Part shown: positions 37,565 to 52,081 of the stretch, in pieces
Numbering within the stretch: the first letter of the stretch is position 1
How the letters are laid out: each line of letters starts with the position of its first letter
Source: Hemiscyllium ocellatum
Taxonomy: Eukaryota
Direction of reading: 5' to 3'
NCBI RefSeq assembly: GCF_020745735.1
Contig: NC_083444.1
Coordinates: 7,570,338-7,634,337 of the forward strand
Length of the DNA stretch: 64,000 nt
Made by a program: the position numbers and the translations under genes
Notes under the pieces: generated by a model
What the model was told of the DNA's origin: nothing
Database searches by the model: none
Seen by the model: the letters and a program-made list of their open reading frames with translations, nothing else

Positions 37565-38400
37565 GCACTAACCTGCCGACAGTGTGGTGCTCCCTCAGCA
37601 ATGATCCTCCAACACTGCTATTCCCTCAGCACTGACCCTCTGACAGTCTGGCACTCCCTGAGCACTGACCCTCTGACAGTGTGACACTCCCTCAGCACTG
37701 ACCCCCTGACAGTGCAGCACTCCCTCAGCACTGACCCCCTGACAGTGTGGCGCTCCCTCAGCACTGACCCCCTGACAGTGTGGCGCTCCCTTAGCACTGA
37801 CCCCCTGACAGTGTGGCGCTCCCTCAGCACTGATCCCCTGACATTGTGGCGCTCCCTCAGCACTGACCCTCCAAAAGTGGGGCACTCCCTCAGTACTGAC
37901 CCTCTGACAGTGCCCATTCCCTCAGCACTGACACTCTGACAGTGCGGCACTCCCTCAGCACTGACCCCCTGACAGTGTGGCGCTCCCTCAGCACTGACCC
38001 TCCGACAATGCAGCACTCCCTCAGTACTGACCCTCTGACAGTGCCCATTCCCTCAGCACTGACCCTCTGACAGTCCGCACTCCCTGAGCACTGACCCCCT
38101 GACAGTGCGGCACTCCCTCAGCACTGACCCTCTGACAGTGCCCATTCCCTCAGCACTGACACTCTGACAGTGCGGCGCCCCCTCAGCACTGACCCCCTGA
38201 CAGTGCGGCACTCCCTCAGCACTGACCCTCTGACAGTGCCCATTCCCTCAGCACTAACACTTGACAGTGCGGCACCCCCTCAGCACTGACCCCCTGACAG
38301 TGCGGCACTCCCTCAGCACACCGTCAGCACTGACCGTCAGAAAGTGCCTGCTCCCTCAGCGCTGACCCTCCGACAGTGCCCACATCCTCAACACCGACCC
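37565..38400 (+). repeat. About 31-bp minisatellite (cactccctcagcactgaccctctgacagtgcgg)
   Basis: About 25 tandem copies with no unique spacers. Confidence 0.93.
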
Positions 38401-38654
38401 TCAGAGTCTGCAATTCTTCCTCATTACAACTCCTCACACTCTTGACCCTCTGAGCGAAGAAATTCCTCCTGAGCTCAGTCTGAAGTTGGCACCCCTTTAC
38501 TCTGAGATGGTGCCCTCTGGCCCTAAACTCTCCCACCAGGGGGAAACATCCCCTCAAAGTTGACCCTTAAGGAATCTGCTACTTTTCAACGAGATTGCCT
38601 GTGACCGGGGTGATGGGGAGCGGGTGTCATAATTGGAGTCACTTTGTCCCATAG

Positions 38655-38993
38655 GACAGGCACTGTGCGAGAATGTAGTCTCCAAGGTACAGGTTACATG
38701 TGGGAACTCTGTCGTCCTGCCGTGCCAAGCTCCTGGTGTGGCGGAGCCCACCAGCATCATCTGGCAGAAAGAATCGACTGGCGGTGACTTGGTGGTGCAT
38801 GGGCAGCCAGAAGACTCCATGGGCAATCGCCAAAGTGCCTGGTACAAGAACAGGACCATGCTGCATCCCAACCATAACCTGACCCTCCAGAATGCCAAGC
38901 TGAACGACAGTGGCACCTACCTTTGTTTCGTCCGCTCGAACCCGCAGCAGAAGAGCGAGCTTTGCTCCAAGGTTTCGCTGGGCGTCATTCAAG
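38655..38993 (+). CDS. Ig-superfamily gene, exon 2: V-set Ig domain
   Basis: Acceptor ttgtcccatag, donor G|gtaagc, 339 nt, phase 1-1; B-strand LPC, C-strand IIWQK, LTLQNAKLNDSGTYLC. Confidence 0.92.
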
Positions 38994-39109
38994 GTAAGCA
39001 GCCTTTGTAGAATAGAAATGTAGAAATAGGAGTAGGAGGAGGCCATTTGGCCCCTCGAGCTGGCTCTGCCATTCAATAGGATCTTGGCTGAACGTTGAGC
39101 TCAGTTGCA

Positions 39110-39750
39110 TACAGTGTGGAAACAGGCCCTTCGGCCCAACCAGTCCACACTAACCCTCCGAAGAGAAACCCATCCAGACCCATTTCCCTCTGACTAATGC
39201 ACCTAGCACTATGAGCAATTTAGCATGGCCAATTCACCTGACCTGCACATCTTTGGGGTGTGGGAGGAAACTGGAGCACCCGGAGGAAACCCACGCAGAC
39301 AAGGGGAGAATGTGCAAACTCCACACAGACAGTCACCCAAGGCTGGAATCGAACCTGGGATGCTGATGCTGTGAGGCAGCAGTGCTAACCACTGTGCCAC
39401 CAAGCCACCTCCCTACTCTTGCCCCACTGCGGGTGGCATTGTGGCTCAGTGCTTAGCCCTGCTGCCTCACAGCGCCAGGGACCCCAATTTGATTCCAGCC
39501 TCGGGTGACTGTCTATGTGGAGTTTACACGTTCCCTTGGTATCTGCGTGGGTTTCCTCTGGGTGCTCTGGTTTCCTTCTGTCATGTGCAGTGTAGGGTGG
39601 ATTGGCCATGCTAAATTGCCCATAGTGTGCAGGTTAGGTGTATTAATCAGGGGTAAATGTAGATTAATAGGGGAGTAGGACTGGGTGGCTTATTCTTTGG
39701 AGGTTCATTGTAGACTTGTTGGGCCTAATGGCCTATTTCCACAGTGTAGG
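39110..39750. mobile_element. Two HE1 SINEs head-to-head
   Basis: Minus copy about 39110-39400, plus copy about 39430-39750. Confidence 0.85.
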
Positions 39751-40059
39751 GATACTTTTGCTCCCATCGACTTCTCCCTCTATCTTGAAAACATAATGTT
39801 TTGGCCTGAACCACATTCTGTGACAGACAATTCCACAAACTCCCCACTCTCTGGGTGAAGACATTTCTCCTCATCTCAGTCCTAACTTGTTTACCCCTCA
39901 TCTCTCAACATAACCTGTCCACCACTATCAGGACTATCCTTTCTGCCCCCTGCCTGTTGGAATTTTTAAGGCTTCTATGACACTTCCCCCCTCAATTCTT
40001 CTGAACTCCAGGGAATACAATCCTAACCCAGTCCATCCGTCCTTCTGCCAGTATAGAAT

Positions 40060-43000
40060 CCCTATGAATGTTGACAAATCCCTGGAACCTGATCAAGTGT
40101 ATCCCCTGGACATACTGGGAAGCTTGGGAAGAGATTGCGGGGCTCCTAGCAGAGATAGTTGTATCATTGACAACCATGCGTGGGGTGCTAGAGGGTGGCT
40201 AATGTGGTGCCATCATTTCAGAAATGCCAGAGAACTATAGACAGTTGAGCCTGACATCAGAGGTGGGTAATTTGTTGGAGGGCTTTGTGAGGGACAGAAT
40301 CGACATTTGGAAAGGTAAGGACTAATTAGGGATGGTCAGCATGGCTTTGTGCGTGGGAAGTAACATGATTTGAGTTTTTTTGAAGAAGTGAGCAAATTGG
40401 TGAAGGCAGAGTGGTGGAAACGGGCGTTAGAAAAGCCTTCTAGGAGAAAGTGAGGACTGCAGATGCTGGGGATCAGAGGTTAAAAATGCATTGCTGGAAA
40501 AGCGCAGCAGGTCAGGCAGCATCAAAAGAGACGGAGAATCGACGTTTCGGGCATAAGCCTGAAGAAGGGCTTATGCCCGAAACGTCGATTCTCCTTCCTC
40601 GTTGATGCTGCCTGACCTGTTGGAAAGGCCTTCGACAGGATACCACATGGTAGACTTGTTAGCAAGGATCAGTCACGGGGATCGGGGGAGGGCCAGCCAA
40701 TTGACTTGGCTTGATGGCAGGAGATAGGAGGCTTGTTTTTCAGACTGGAGGCCTGCGGTGTGTCGCAAGAATCAGTTCTGGGTCCACTGTCGTTTGCCAT
40801 TTACCGAAACAATTTCAATGAGAATATAAGAGGCATGGTTAGTCATTTTGCGGATGACACCAAAGTTGGCGGCAGAGTGGATGGTGAAGAAGTTTTTCTA
40901 AGAGTACAACGGAATCTTGATCAACTAGGGCAATGGGCTGAGAAATGGCAAATGGAGTTTACTTTCGATAAAAGGATGTATAACTACAAGTTGAGGGGTA
41001 ATAGACTTTAAGACAGATGTCAGAGGCAAGTTCTTCACTCAGAGAGTGGTAAGGGCGTGGAATGCCCTACCTGCCAATGTAGTTACCTCAGCCACATTAG
41101 AGAGATTTAAACAATCCTTGGATAAGCACATGGATGATGATGGGATAATGTAGGGGGACAAGCTGAGAATAGTTCACAGGTCGGCGCAACATGGAGGGCC
41201 GAAGGGCCTGTTCTGCGCTGTATTGTTCTATGTTCTATGTTTTAAATGTGTGGTGTTACATATTGGTAGGACAAATCTGGTCAGGACTTACACTGTTAAC
41301 GGTGGATCCCTGGGGAGTGCTATTGAACAGAGAGAGACCTGAGGTGCTGACACACAATTCCTTGAAAGTGGCATCAAAAGTAGACAGGGTGGCGAAACAG
41401 AAATTTGCCTTCATTGGTCAGAGCTTTGAGTATAGGAGTTGGGACGTCATGTTATGGCTTTACAAGGTGTTAGTGAGGTCAGATTTGGAGTACTGCATGA
41501 AATTCTGGTTGCCTGCTACAGCACCGTTGTGCTACTGAGATTTATAAAGCTCTGGTTAGGCCCCATTTGGAGTACTGTGTCCAGTTTTGGTCCCCACACC
41601 TCAGGAAGGACATACTGGCACTGAAACGTGTCCAGCGGAGATTCACACGGATGATCCCTGGAATGGTTGGTCTAACATACGAGGAACGGCTGAGAATCCT
41701 GGGATTGTATTCATTGGAGTTTAGAAGATTAAGGGGAGACTTAATAGAAACTTACAAGATAATACATGGCTTGGAAAGGGTGGACGCTCGGAAATTTTTT
41801 CCGTTAGGCGAGGAGACTAGGACCCGTGGACACAGCCTTAAAATTAGAGGGGGTCAATTCAGAACAGAAATGCGGAGACATTTCTTCAGCCAGAGAATGG
41901 TGGGCCTGTGGAATTCATTGCCGCAGAGTGCAGTGGAGGCCGGGACGCTAAATGTCTTCAAGGCAGAGATTGATAGATTCTTGATGTCTCGAGGACTTAA
42001 GAGCTACGGGGAGAATGCGGGTAAGTGGAGTTGAAATGTCCATCAGCCATGATTGAATGGCGGAGTGGACTCGATGGGCCGAATGGCCTTACTTTCACTC
42101 CTATGTCTTATGGTCTTATAGGAAGGATGTTATTAAACTGGAAAGGGTGCAAAAAAGATATGTATGGATGTTACTGAGAATGGAGGGTTTGGGCAATATG
42201 GAGAGACTGGATAGGCTGGGACTTTTTTTTTCCATGGAGCATAGAAGGCTGAGGGGGCGACCTTATAGAAGTTTATAAAATCACGGATAGGACAAATAGC
42301 CAAGATCTTTTCCCCCAGGGTGGGGAGTCCAAAACTAGAAGGCAGTGGCATAGGGTGAGAGGGGAAAGATTTAAAAGGGACCTGACAGACAAAAATCAAT
42401 GAGGAGAAAGTGAGGACTGCAGATGCTGGAGATCAGAGCCGAAAATGTGTTGCTGAAAAAGCGCAGCAGGTCAGGCAGCATCCAGGGAACAGGAGATTCG
42501 ACCTTTTGGGCATAAGCCCTTCTTCAGGAATTCCTGAAGAAGGGCTTATGCCCGAAACATCAAATCTCCTGTTCCCTGGATGCTGCCTGACCTGCTGTGC
42601 TTTTTCAGCAACACATTTTCAGGCAAAGATCATTCACAGGGGACTGGGGAGAGCTAGCCAATTCAATACTGACTTGGCTTGATGGTAGGAGACAGGAAGC
42701 TTGTTTTTCAGACTGGAGGCCTGTGACCAGCAGTGTGTTGCAAGAATCAGCACTGTCGTTTGCCATTTATCGAAACAATCATAAATTGTTTAGACAAATT
42801 TATCTAAATTTATAGTGGGTGGTGTGTGCATGGAATGAGCTGCCAGAGGAAATGCTGGAGTCTGGTACAATTACAATATTTAAAAGGCATTTGAATGGAT
42901 ACATGAGTAGGAAAGTTTTTAGCGGGGTGTAGGCCGAACACAGGCAAATGGGACTAGTTCAGTTTGGTGAACCAGGTCAGCATGGACAAGTTGGGCTGAA

Positions 43001-44330
43001 GGGTCTGTGCCAAAGGGTTCGGTCCTTGGATTCTCCAGCTATTTACAATCCACATTACCAACGTGAATACAGGGATAGAAGACTGTACGGCCAAATTTGC
43101 AGACGACACTAAAATAGGCAGGATAGTAAATTGCAATGAGGAAATAAGAATCTTACAAATGTGTATAGATTGGTTGGGAGAGTGGGCGGAAATGTGGCAG
43201 ATGGAGTGTAACGTGGATAAGTGTGAGGTCGTGCATTTCGGTTGGTTAAATGGGAAGATGACCTATTATCTATTTCCTTTTTGTTTTTATTTTCTTAACT
43301 GCGATAGTGCTTATTTTTTCCCCAGCATCCATGGTGTGTGTGTGCAGGTGTGAGACACAGTGAAAGACACAAAGTGTACAAATCTTTATTCAATTTCCAC
43401 CACCAGGAAAATAGGAAAAACACCCAAGGGGCCTGTGATAGGCAGTGCCCTAAGGAAACCTGTGGGGAGAATGTGCAAGCTCTACAGAAGCAGTCACCAG
43501 AGGTCTGGAATTGAACCTGGGACCCTGGTGCTATGAGGCAGTAGCGCAAACCACTGAGCCACCAGGCTACCCCATGACCTATTATCTAAATGAGGAGAGA
43601 CTTAAGGGTGGTCAGGTGCAGAGGTTTCTGGGTGTCTTTGTTCATGAGTCCCAGAAAACTAGCATGCAGCTAAGCAGATAATAAAGAAAATGAATTGCTT
43701 TTACAGCTAAAAGAATAGAATATAAAGGTAAGGAAGGATTGTTGCAACTGTACAAGCAACTGGCGAGACCACACCTGGAGTATTGTACACAGTTTCGGTC
43801 TTTTTGTTTGAGGAAAGATGCAGTGGCATTGGAGGCATTTCGGAGGAGGTTCATTGGATTGATCCCGGAGATGAAGGGTTTGTCGTATGGAGAGAGATTG
43901 AACAGCCCAGGTTCAATTGAATAATGCTCTATGTGATTTAGAAGTATAAACGGAGATCAAATTGAGATATTCGAGATGATGAAAGGTGTGGATAAAGTAG
44001 ATGTGGAGTGAATGCTTCCTCTTGTGGGGGCATTCTGAGTCGAGAGGTCATAGTCTTAGGATAAAGGGGAAGCAAATTTAAAACAGAGTTAGGGAGAAGC
44101 GAGTTCTCCCAAAGGATTGTGAATCTGTGTAATTCGCTACCCCAAAGTGCAGTGGGTGCTGGGACAGCGAGTAAATTTAAGGAGGAATTTGACAGGTTTC
44201 TAATGGGTAATGTGTCGAAGAGATAGGGGGAGAAGGTAGGAAAATGAGGGTGAGGAGTGAATCAGCCGTGATGGAATGGCTGAGCAGACTTGATGGGCTG
44301 AATGGCCTAATTCCATTCCTATATCTTATG
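40060..44330 (+). mobile_element. Cluster of nested CR1 fragments, with Penelope fold-backs at about 40441-40620 and 42400-42620 and SINE pieces (intron 2)
   Basis: Multiple CR1 ORF2 fragments (FADD, YCVQFWSP); hammerhead cores ctgaagaagggcttatgcccgaaac; TSD gttagaaaagccttc/gttggaaaggccttc at the first fold-back. Confidence 0.85.
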
Positions 44331-44585
44331 AATTTATGTATGATTCTTTGACAGGAGGTAAGGAACACAATGGGAGGAATATCTTTGGGATTCTCCCTCC
44401 CAGAGGCTCCATTGGCAGATTGATCTGAATGAATGGGGGGACGTGGGAGCCCAGGATTGACCCATGTCAGGAATAAAAATGGCGGAGGGAGATGGATAGT
44501 CCTCCCATCTATTCTCTTCTGCTTCCCACACGTGGATGTATTGAGTCCCTCCTGCTGTGACGCTGTTGTTCTCCTGTCTTTGCAG

Positions 44586-44927
44586 AAGCCGATGTTTTCT
44601 GGGCAGTGCACTCCGAGGTCAGAGCGAAACATGGGGAAGAGCTGAGTTTTCACTGGGGCTTGAACCTGCACTGTATCACCACTGAGGATCTGGGAGTGAA
44701 CTGCGGGATCCTCAACTCGACCGAGCAGCGCCGCTTCGAGCTGCGGAGAGTGGGGGCAGCCGGAGGAGCCCGCTCCGAGCTCCCCGTCCTGATCCTGGAA
44801 GAGGCCGGCGGGTTGGCCAGCTTCCGCGTGCCGGGCTTCTCCTTCGGGAGGCCAGGGGGTGCCATCGAGTGTTGCCTGGACAACGGCAGGAAGGAGGTGT
44901 GCGCCCGCGCCAAGGTCAACATCATGG
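44586..44927 (+). CDS. Ig-superfamily gene, exon 3: atypical Ig-like domain
   Basis: Acceptor ctcctgtctttgcag, donor G|gtacgt, 342 nt, phase 1-1, open frame, GC/CpG-rich coding-like composition; ASFRV..G.IEC and EVCARAKVNIMG resemble E, F and G strands. Confidence 0.8.
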
Positions 44928-45489
44928 GTACGTTTGATCGGAGCGCCTGTGCGATCAGCCCTGTCCCCTCCCCACCCCCACCCCCAACTGCGCCATCATT
45001 TGCCAACAGAGGCCAATTGGCCCGTCAACTCCCAGGCTGTCCCCCTACTGAGCAACCTAGTCAGTCCCCTTCCCCCCACCGTGTCCCTTCCCTTCTCAAA
45101 CTCCATCACGTTCACTTCCATAGTCCTCCAACCAGCCTCACTTCCAGGCCATGATTTCTCGCTGATTGAAAGTTCTTCTCTGTATCTCCATTGCAGCCCT
45201 TCCTCTGAATTCAGTAATCAGCATTTTATTTTCTCTGCTATACCTTTGCAAGGTCGTAATCTTGGCCAGGCCTCAATCAAATCTCCCCTTGGCCCCTTTT
45301 TCCCTGAGGAGACCAACCCTAGTGTCTCTGATGTATGATCAGAATCCCCAATTTCCTGAACTGATCCAGGTAAATCTCCTCCACCCATGCGGCTTTGAAG
45401 GATCTTCCAGTCCACCTTGAGTGAACTGGGGGGCAATACATTCTGGAGCACCCCAGCCCCCACCCCCTCCCTCTCTCCAGCCATTCAAC

Positions 45490-48120
45490 ACTTCTCCACT
45501 TAGAGTCATAGATTCATATAGTTGTACAGCATGGAAACAGAGCCTTCGGTCCAACCCATCCATGCCGACCAGATATCCCAACCCAATCTAAGTCCACCTG
45601 CCAGCACCTGGCCCATATTCCTCCAAACCCTTCCTATTCATATACCCATCCAAATGACTCTTAAATGTTGCAATTGTACCAGCCTCCACCACTTCCTATG
45701 GCAGCTCATGCCATACCCGTACCACCCTTTGTGTGAAAAAGTTGCCCCGTAGGTCTCTTACATCTTTCCCCTCTCACCCTAAGCCTATGCCCTCTAGTTC
45801 TGGACTCCCCAACCCCAGGGAAAAGACTTTGCCTGTTTACCCGATCCATGCCCCTCATAATTTTGTAAATCTCTATAAAGTCTCCCCTCAGCCTCCAGGG
45901 AAAGCAGCCCCAGCCTGTTCAGCCTTATTAGTTCATGTCTAAATGCAACTAGCTCTGGACGATATCCAGGTTTGGGTGGACAAGTGGCAGAGAACATTCA
46001 CGTCACACAAATGCCAGGTTGTGACCATCCCCAACAAGAGAGATTCGAACCATCAGCCCATGCCATCAATGGTGTTGCCATCAATGAAACCTCCCCAATA
46101 TCAACATCCTGGGGGCTACCGTTGCCCAGAAACTGCACACAGTGGCTACAAAGGAGAAAGTGAGGGCTGCAGATCAGAGTCGAGAGCATGGCGCTGGAAG
46201 AGCACAGCAGGTCAGGCAGCATCCCAGGAGCAGGAGAATCGATGATTCAGGATTCCTGATGAAGGACTTCTGCCCGAAACGTTGATTCTCCTGTTCCTTG
46301 ATGCTGTCTGACCTGCTGTGGCTTTCCAGCACCACACTCTCCACAGCGGCTACAAATGCAAGTTAGGATACTGCCGCGAGTAGGTCACCTCCTGACTCCC
46401 TGAAGCCTGTCCACCATCGACAAGGCACAACTCAGGAGGGTGAGGGGGAATACTCCCCACTTGCCCCGGATGGTGGGCAGCTCCAACAACACTCAAGAAG
46501 CTCGACACCATCCAGGGACAAAGCAGCCCCCACTCGATTGGCATCACATCCACAAGCATCCCCTCCCTCCACCATCAACGCTCAGTCGCAGCAGTGTGTA
46601 CCATCTACAAGATGCGCTGCAGAAACTCACCAAAGATCCTCAGACAGCACCTTCCAAACCTATGGTCACTTCCATCGAGAAGGACAGGAGCAGCAGATAC
46701 TTGGGAACACCACCCCCTGCAAGTTCCCCTCTGAGCCCCTCACCATCCCAACTTATCATAGATAAGGTCCATCAAAAAGGCCCTTTGGCTCATCGTCTGC
46801 ACTGACAATAACCGCCACTAAAAGTGCACTCATCCCAATTTCCTGCACTTGTCCCATACCTTTGAATGTTGTGATATTTGAAGAAAGTACTCTTCCAAAT
46901 ATTTTTTCGTTACCTTCCTAGGCAATGCATTCCGGATTCCCACCACCCACTGAGTGAAAAGGTGCTTTCCCCAAATCCCCTCTGAATCTCCTGACCCTTA
47001 CCTTAAAAATGCTCATGATTGGCTCCTCAACCAAGGGGAACTGCTGCTCTCTATTCACTCTGTCCATACCCCTCATAATCTTACACACCTCAATCATGTC
47101 TCCCCCTCAGTTTTCTCTGCTCTAGAGAAAGCAACCCAAGCCTATCTAGTCTCTCCTTGTAGCTCAATGTCTCCATCCCAGGCAAAATCCTGGTGAACCT
47201 CCTCTGTAAGCCGTCTAGTGCTATCCCATCCTTTCTGTCCTGAGGTGACCAGAACTGCACACAGTCCTCCAACTGTGGCCTAACCAACACTCTGTATATT
47301 ACCTCCTTACTCCTTATACTCTATGCCACAACTGAGCATAGCAAATGTCCCATACGTCTTCTTAACTATCTGACTCACGTGCTCTGCTGTCTTCAGGGAT
47401 CTGTGAATAATTACCCCAAGAGCCCTCTATTCCGACCCACTATCCTACCCTTCATTAAATACTCCATCATCTTGCTTCTTTGTCCAAAGTGCACCACCAC
47501 GCACTTAGAGTCATAGTCATAGAGATGTACAGCCTCTTTGGTCCAACCCGTCCATGCCAACCAGATATCCCAACACAATCTAGTCCCACCTGCCAGCACC
47601 CGGCCCATATTCTTCCAAACCTTTCCTATTCATATACCCATCCAAATGCCTCTTAAATGTTGCAATTGTATCAGCCTCCACCACTTCCTCTGGCAGCTCA
47701 TTCCACACACATACCATCCTCTGCCTGAAAAAGTTGCCTCTTAGGTCTTTTTTATATCTTTCCCCTCTCACCCTAAACCTATGCCCTCTAGTTCTGGACT
47801 CCCCGATCCCAGGGAAAAGACTTTGCCTATTTATCCCATCATGCCCCTCATACTTTTGTAAACCTCTATAAGGTCACCCCTCAGCCTCCGACGCTCCAGG
47901 GAAAACAGCCCCAGCCTTTTCAGCCTCTCCGTGTAGCTCAAATTCTCTAACCCTGGCAACATTATCAGTCTTAAATACCATCTGCCACCGGTCTGCCCAT
48001 TTGACTGACCCATCCATGTCTTCCTCTAATCTACAACCATCTTCTTTGCTTTTCACCATTTTGCCAATCTTGGTGCCATCTGTAGATTTGCTTAATAGTC
48101 TCCCCACATTTTCATCCATA
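45490..48120 (-). mobile_element. CR1 fragments, L2/RTE-like fragments and a Penelope fold-back (about 46155-46345) (intron 3)
   Basis: CR1 3' ends in reverse orientation; cctgatgaaggacttctgcccgaaacgtt core at about 46255. Confidence 0.75.
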
Positions 48121-48854
48121 TCATTTATGTCTATATATCGGCCAAAATCCTGAAACTCCCTCCCTAACGGATGCTGCGTCTGGTGTGTGGGTTTTATGAC
48201 TTTAGAGTTTCACTTGGCCAGTGTACCCAGCATCCCTTGCTGTTTGGCCCTGTGTTAGGGACCCCTACACCACACGGGACTGCAGCGGTTCAAGAAGGCA
48301 GATCACCCCCGCCTTCTCAAGGGGAAATTAGGGACTGGGCGACAAAACCTGGAATTGAAAATCTAATGATAATCATTACTGACTGTTGGGAAAAAAAACA
48401 CACAAAGTGGGGCAGAGGGGTCTGGAACTCTCTTCAACAAACAACAGTGGATCAGTTGTTAATTTTAAATCTGAGATAGATAAAGTTTTGTTTAACAAAA
48501 GGTGTGAAGGCATCTGGGCCAAAGGCAGGTACAGGGAGTAAGGCTATGACCAGTGAGTGGCGGAACAGGCTCAAGGGGCTGAATGGCCTATTCCTGTTCC
48601 GTTTGCCTGCAACCTGTGTGTACATAAAAAAGTAAGAAGAGTGGGGGAGTTCAGAGACACGGTGGCAATGACTGGGGGATTAGCAGAGAGAATGAGCAGA
48701 TGTTATCGTAATGTTAACCATTCCCCCATTGAAAGCACTGGCACCATATGCCATTGAGGTGGACCAATGATTCAGGGAGGGTTGATAAAGATGTGCAGGT
48801 TAGGGTGAATTGGCCACGCTAAATTGTTCAGGGATGTGTGGGTTAGGTGCATTA

Positions 48855-51800
48855 GGCGAAAGTGAGGACTGCGGTTGCTGGAGATTAGAGCCAAGATTAG
48901 AGTGGTGCTGGAAAAGCACAGCAGGTCAGGCAGCATCTGAGGAGCAGGTAAAATCAACGTTTCAGGCAGGTGTCCTTCATCAGAAAGTTGAATTAGATTA
49001 GATTACTTTTTTTTTAAGGTTAGATTACTTACAGTGTGGATGCAGGCCCTTCGGCCCAACAAGTCCACACTGACCCGCTGAAGAGCAACCCACCCAGATC
49101 CATTGCGCTATATTTACCCCTTCACCTAACCTGCACATTTTTTGGACGGTGGGAGGAAGCCGGAGCACCCGAAGGGAGCTCACAGAGGCACGGAGAGAAT
49201 GTGCAAACTCCACACAGACAGTTGCCTGAGGTGGGAATTGAACCCAGGTCCCCACTGCTGTGAGGTAGCAGTGCTAACCTCTGTGCCACCGTGCTGCCCA
49301 TAGTCAGGGGTAAATGGCTAATGCAGTAATGAGGTAGGGGAGTGGTTCTGGGAGGGTTACTGTTCGGAGGGTTAGTGTGGGCTGTTGGGCTGAATGGCCT
49401 GTTTCAACACTGAGGTGTTTTATGATTCTATGAACACACTGTGTCTGTGTGAGCCTGACTCTGCCCACTCATTCTTTTTTTTTGTCTTTAAAAGCTCCAA
49501 AGCTATTTACTTTGCTTTCTATGGTGCAGACATCTCATCACCAGATTTACAGCAGCCCTGTTCAGGAGGAAAATGACAGGACCAATCCTTCCTCAAGACA
49601 CTTCTTGTCATTCAGCTTTTTGAGAAAGTAACCGAAAAGATAGATGAGGGCAGAGCGGTAGATATTGGTCACTTGGACTTCAGTAAAGCCTTCAACACGC
49701 TTCTGCACCGTCAACCAATTCGAAAGCTAGATCACATGGGATTCAGGATGTGTTTGACTATTGGATACAGAATTGGCTCGATAATAAGAGACAGAGGATA
49801 GTGGTGGAGGATTGTGTTCCAGTCTGGAGACCTGGTACCAATAGTGTGCCACAGAGATTGGTGCTGGGTCCATCTCTGTTTGTCATTTAAATTGAATAGA
49901 ATTGAACCCTAATGGAGTGAAAACAGGCCAATTGGCCTAACAAGTCCACACCGACCCACCGAAGGGTAGCCCACCCTAACCCATTCCACTACCCTATTAC
50001 TCTACATTTACATCTGACTAATGCGCCTAACCTACACATCCCTGAACACTACAGGCAACTTAGCACGGCCTATTCACCTAACCTGCACATCTTTGGACTG
50101 TGGGAGGAAACTGGAGCGCCTGAAGGAAACGCATGCAGACATAGAGAGAATGTGCAAACTCCACACACAGACAGTCGCCCGAGACTGGAATCGAACCTGG
50201 GTCCTTGATGCTGTGAGGCAGCAGTGCTAACTAACCACTGAGCCACCCTGCCGCCCTACGTGATGCCTCACCTACATTGTGTGCGACTGCAATGTGACAT
50301 CCCAACTCCTACACTCAAAAGTCAGAGTAACAAAGGCAAGCGTGCTAAACATCTTCTTAAACCACCCTGTCTACATGTGAGGCAACATCAAAGAATCATG
50401 TACCTAAACCCCTAGGTCCCTCTCTGTTCTACAACACTACCCAGGGCCCTACTTTTAATCGTACAAGCCCTCCCCTCGTTTGTTTTACCAAAATGCAACA
50501 CCTTGCATTTATCCAAATTAAACTCCATCTGCCACTCTGCCCATTGACACAAACGATCAAGATCTCTTTGTAATCTTAAATAATCTTCCTCCTTGTTCAG
50601 CAATGTTGGTGTCACTCACAAAGTTACTAACCGTGCCTTCTATTTTGGTCAAATCAAGGACAGGGCTTGTACAATTCAAACGAGGACCCTGGCTAGTGTT
50701 GTAGAATAGAGAGATCAAGGGGTTCAGGTACATCATTCTTTGATGTTTGCATCATATGTAGACAGGGTGATTCAGAAGGCGTTTAGCACACTTGCCTTCA
50801 TTACTCAGAATTTTGAGTGTGGGAGGTGGGATGTTATGTTGCAGTTGTACAAGATGCTGGTGAGGCGTCTTCTGAAGCCTCAGTGTTGTAGGAAGGATAT
50901 TGGAGAAGGTTCAGAAGAGATTTACCAGGATGTCGCTGGTTATAAGGAGAGGCTAGACAGGCTGGGATTTTGTTTTTCACTGGAACATAGGAGATGACCT
51001 CACAGAGATTTATAAAATCAGAAGGGGTATAGGTAAGGTGAATGCCAGGTATATTTTCCTTAGGCTGGAGAATTTCAAGACGAGGGTGAAAGATTTAAAA
51101 AGGACATGGGGGAAAACGTTTTACACACAGATTGGTTCGTGTGTGGAGTGAACTTCTTGAGGAAGTGGGGGATGCGGGTACAACGTTTAAAAGGCACTTG
51201 GATAGGTTTGTGAACGGGAAAGGTTTGGAGGGGTATGGGCCAGGAGCAGGCAGGTGGGGTCGAGTTTAGTTTGGGGTTTTGGTCTGCACGGACTGGTTGG
51301 GCCGAAGGGTCTGTTTCCGTGCTGTGGGACTGTATGACACAGTCCCCACTGTGGGGGGACAGGAACAGAGATGAAGAGAAATGTGTTCATCCAGGCGGTG
51401 AGGATTAGAATAGCACAGCACAGCACAGAATCAGGCCCTTCAGCCCATGATATTGTCCCAAACATGACGCCAAATTAAACTAATCCCTTCTGCCTGCTCC
51501 TGGCTTTTATCCCACCAAATATTTCCCTTTCATCTACTGATTTTATTACAGCATAGATAACTTACAGTGTGGAAACAGGCCCTTCGGCCCAACAAGTCCA
51601 CATCGACCCGCCGAAGCGCAACCCACCCATACCCCTACATTTACCCCCTACCTAACACTACGGGCAATTTAGCATGGCCAATTCACCTGACCCGCACATC
51701 TTTGGGCTGTGGGAGGAAACCCACGCAGACACGGGGAGAACGTGCAAACTCCACACAGTCAGTCGACTGAGGTGGGAATTGAACCCGGGTCTCTGGCGCT

Positions 51801-51900
51801 GTGAGGTAGCAGTGCTAACCACTGTGCCACCGTGCCGCCCATCTACTGATCCAAACATCTTTTAAACATTGTAACTGTACTCGCTCCTCTGGAAGTTCAT
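48855..51900. mobile_element. SINE (about 49015-49300, 49930-50255, 51560-51840) and CR1 fragment cluster
   Basis: HE1 consensus copies and CR1 motifs. Confidence 0.8.
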
Positions 51901-52081
51901 TCCACACACAAACGTGGTCCAGATCCCTCTATTCCTCACATATTCATGTGCTGATCTAAAAGCCCCTGAGATGCCCCTATTGTATCTGCCTCTATCACCA
52001 CCCCTGGCAGCACATTCCAGACTCCTACCACTCCAGAATGTTCTCTGCCTGCTCTGATCTCTTGCGTTCTTATACCGACAG

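Noticed and set aside
37565-38400. Regular 31-bp repeats resembling a CRISPR array (also 56600-57580)
   Set aside because: Units are directly tandem with no unique spacers, there are no cas genes, and the context is a eukaryotic intron or intergenic region.
49496-49631. Possible extra or alternative exon after a T-rich acceptor
   Set aside because: No clear donor, no recognisable domain, and the frame runs into a CR1 fragment.
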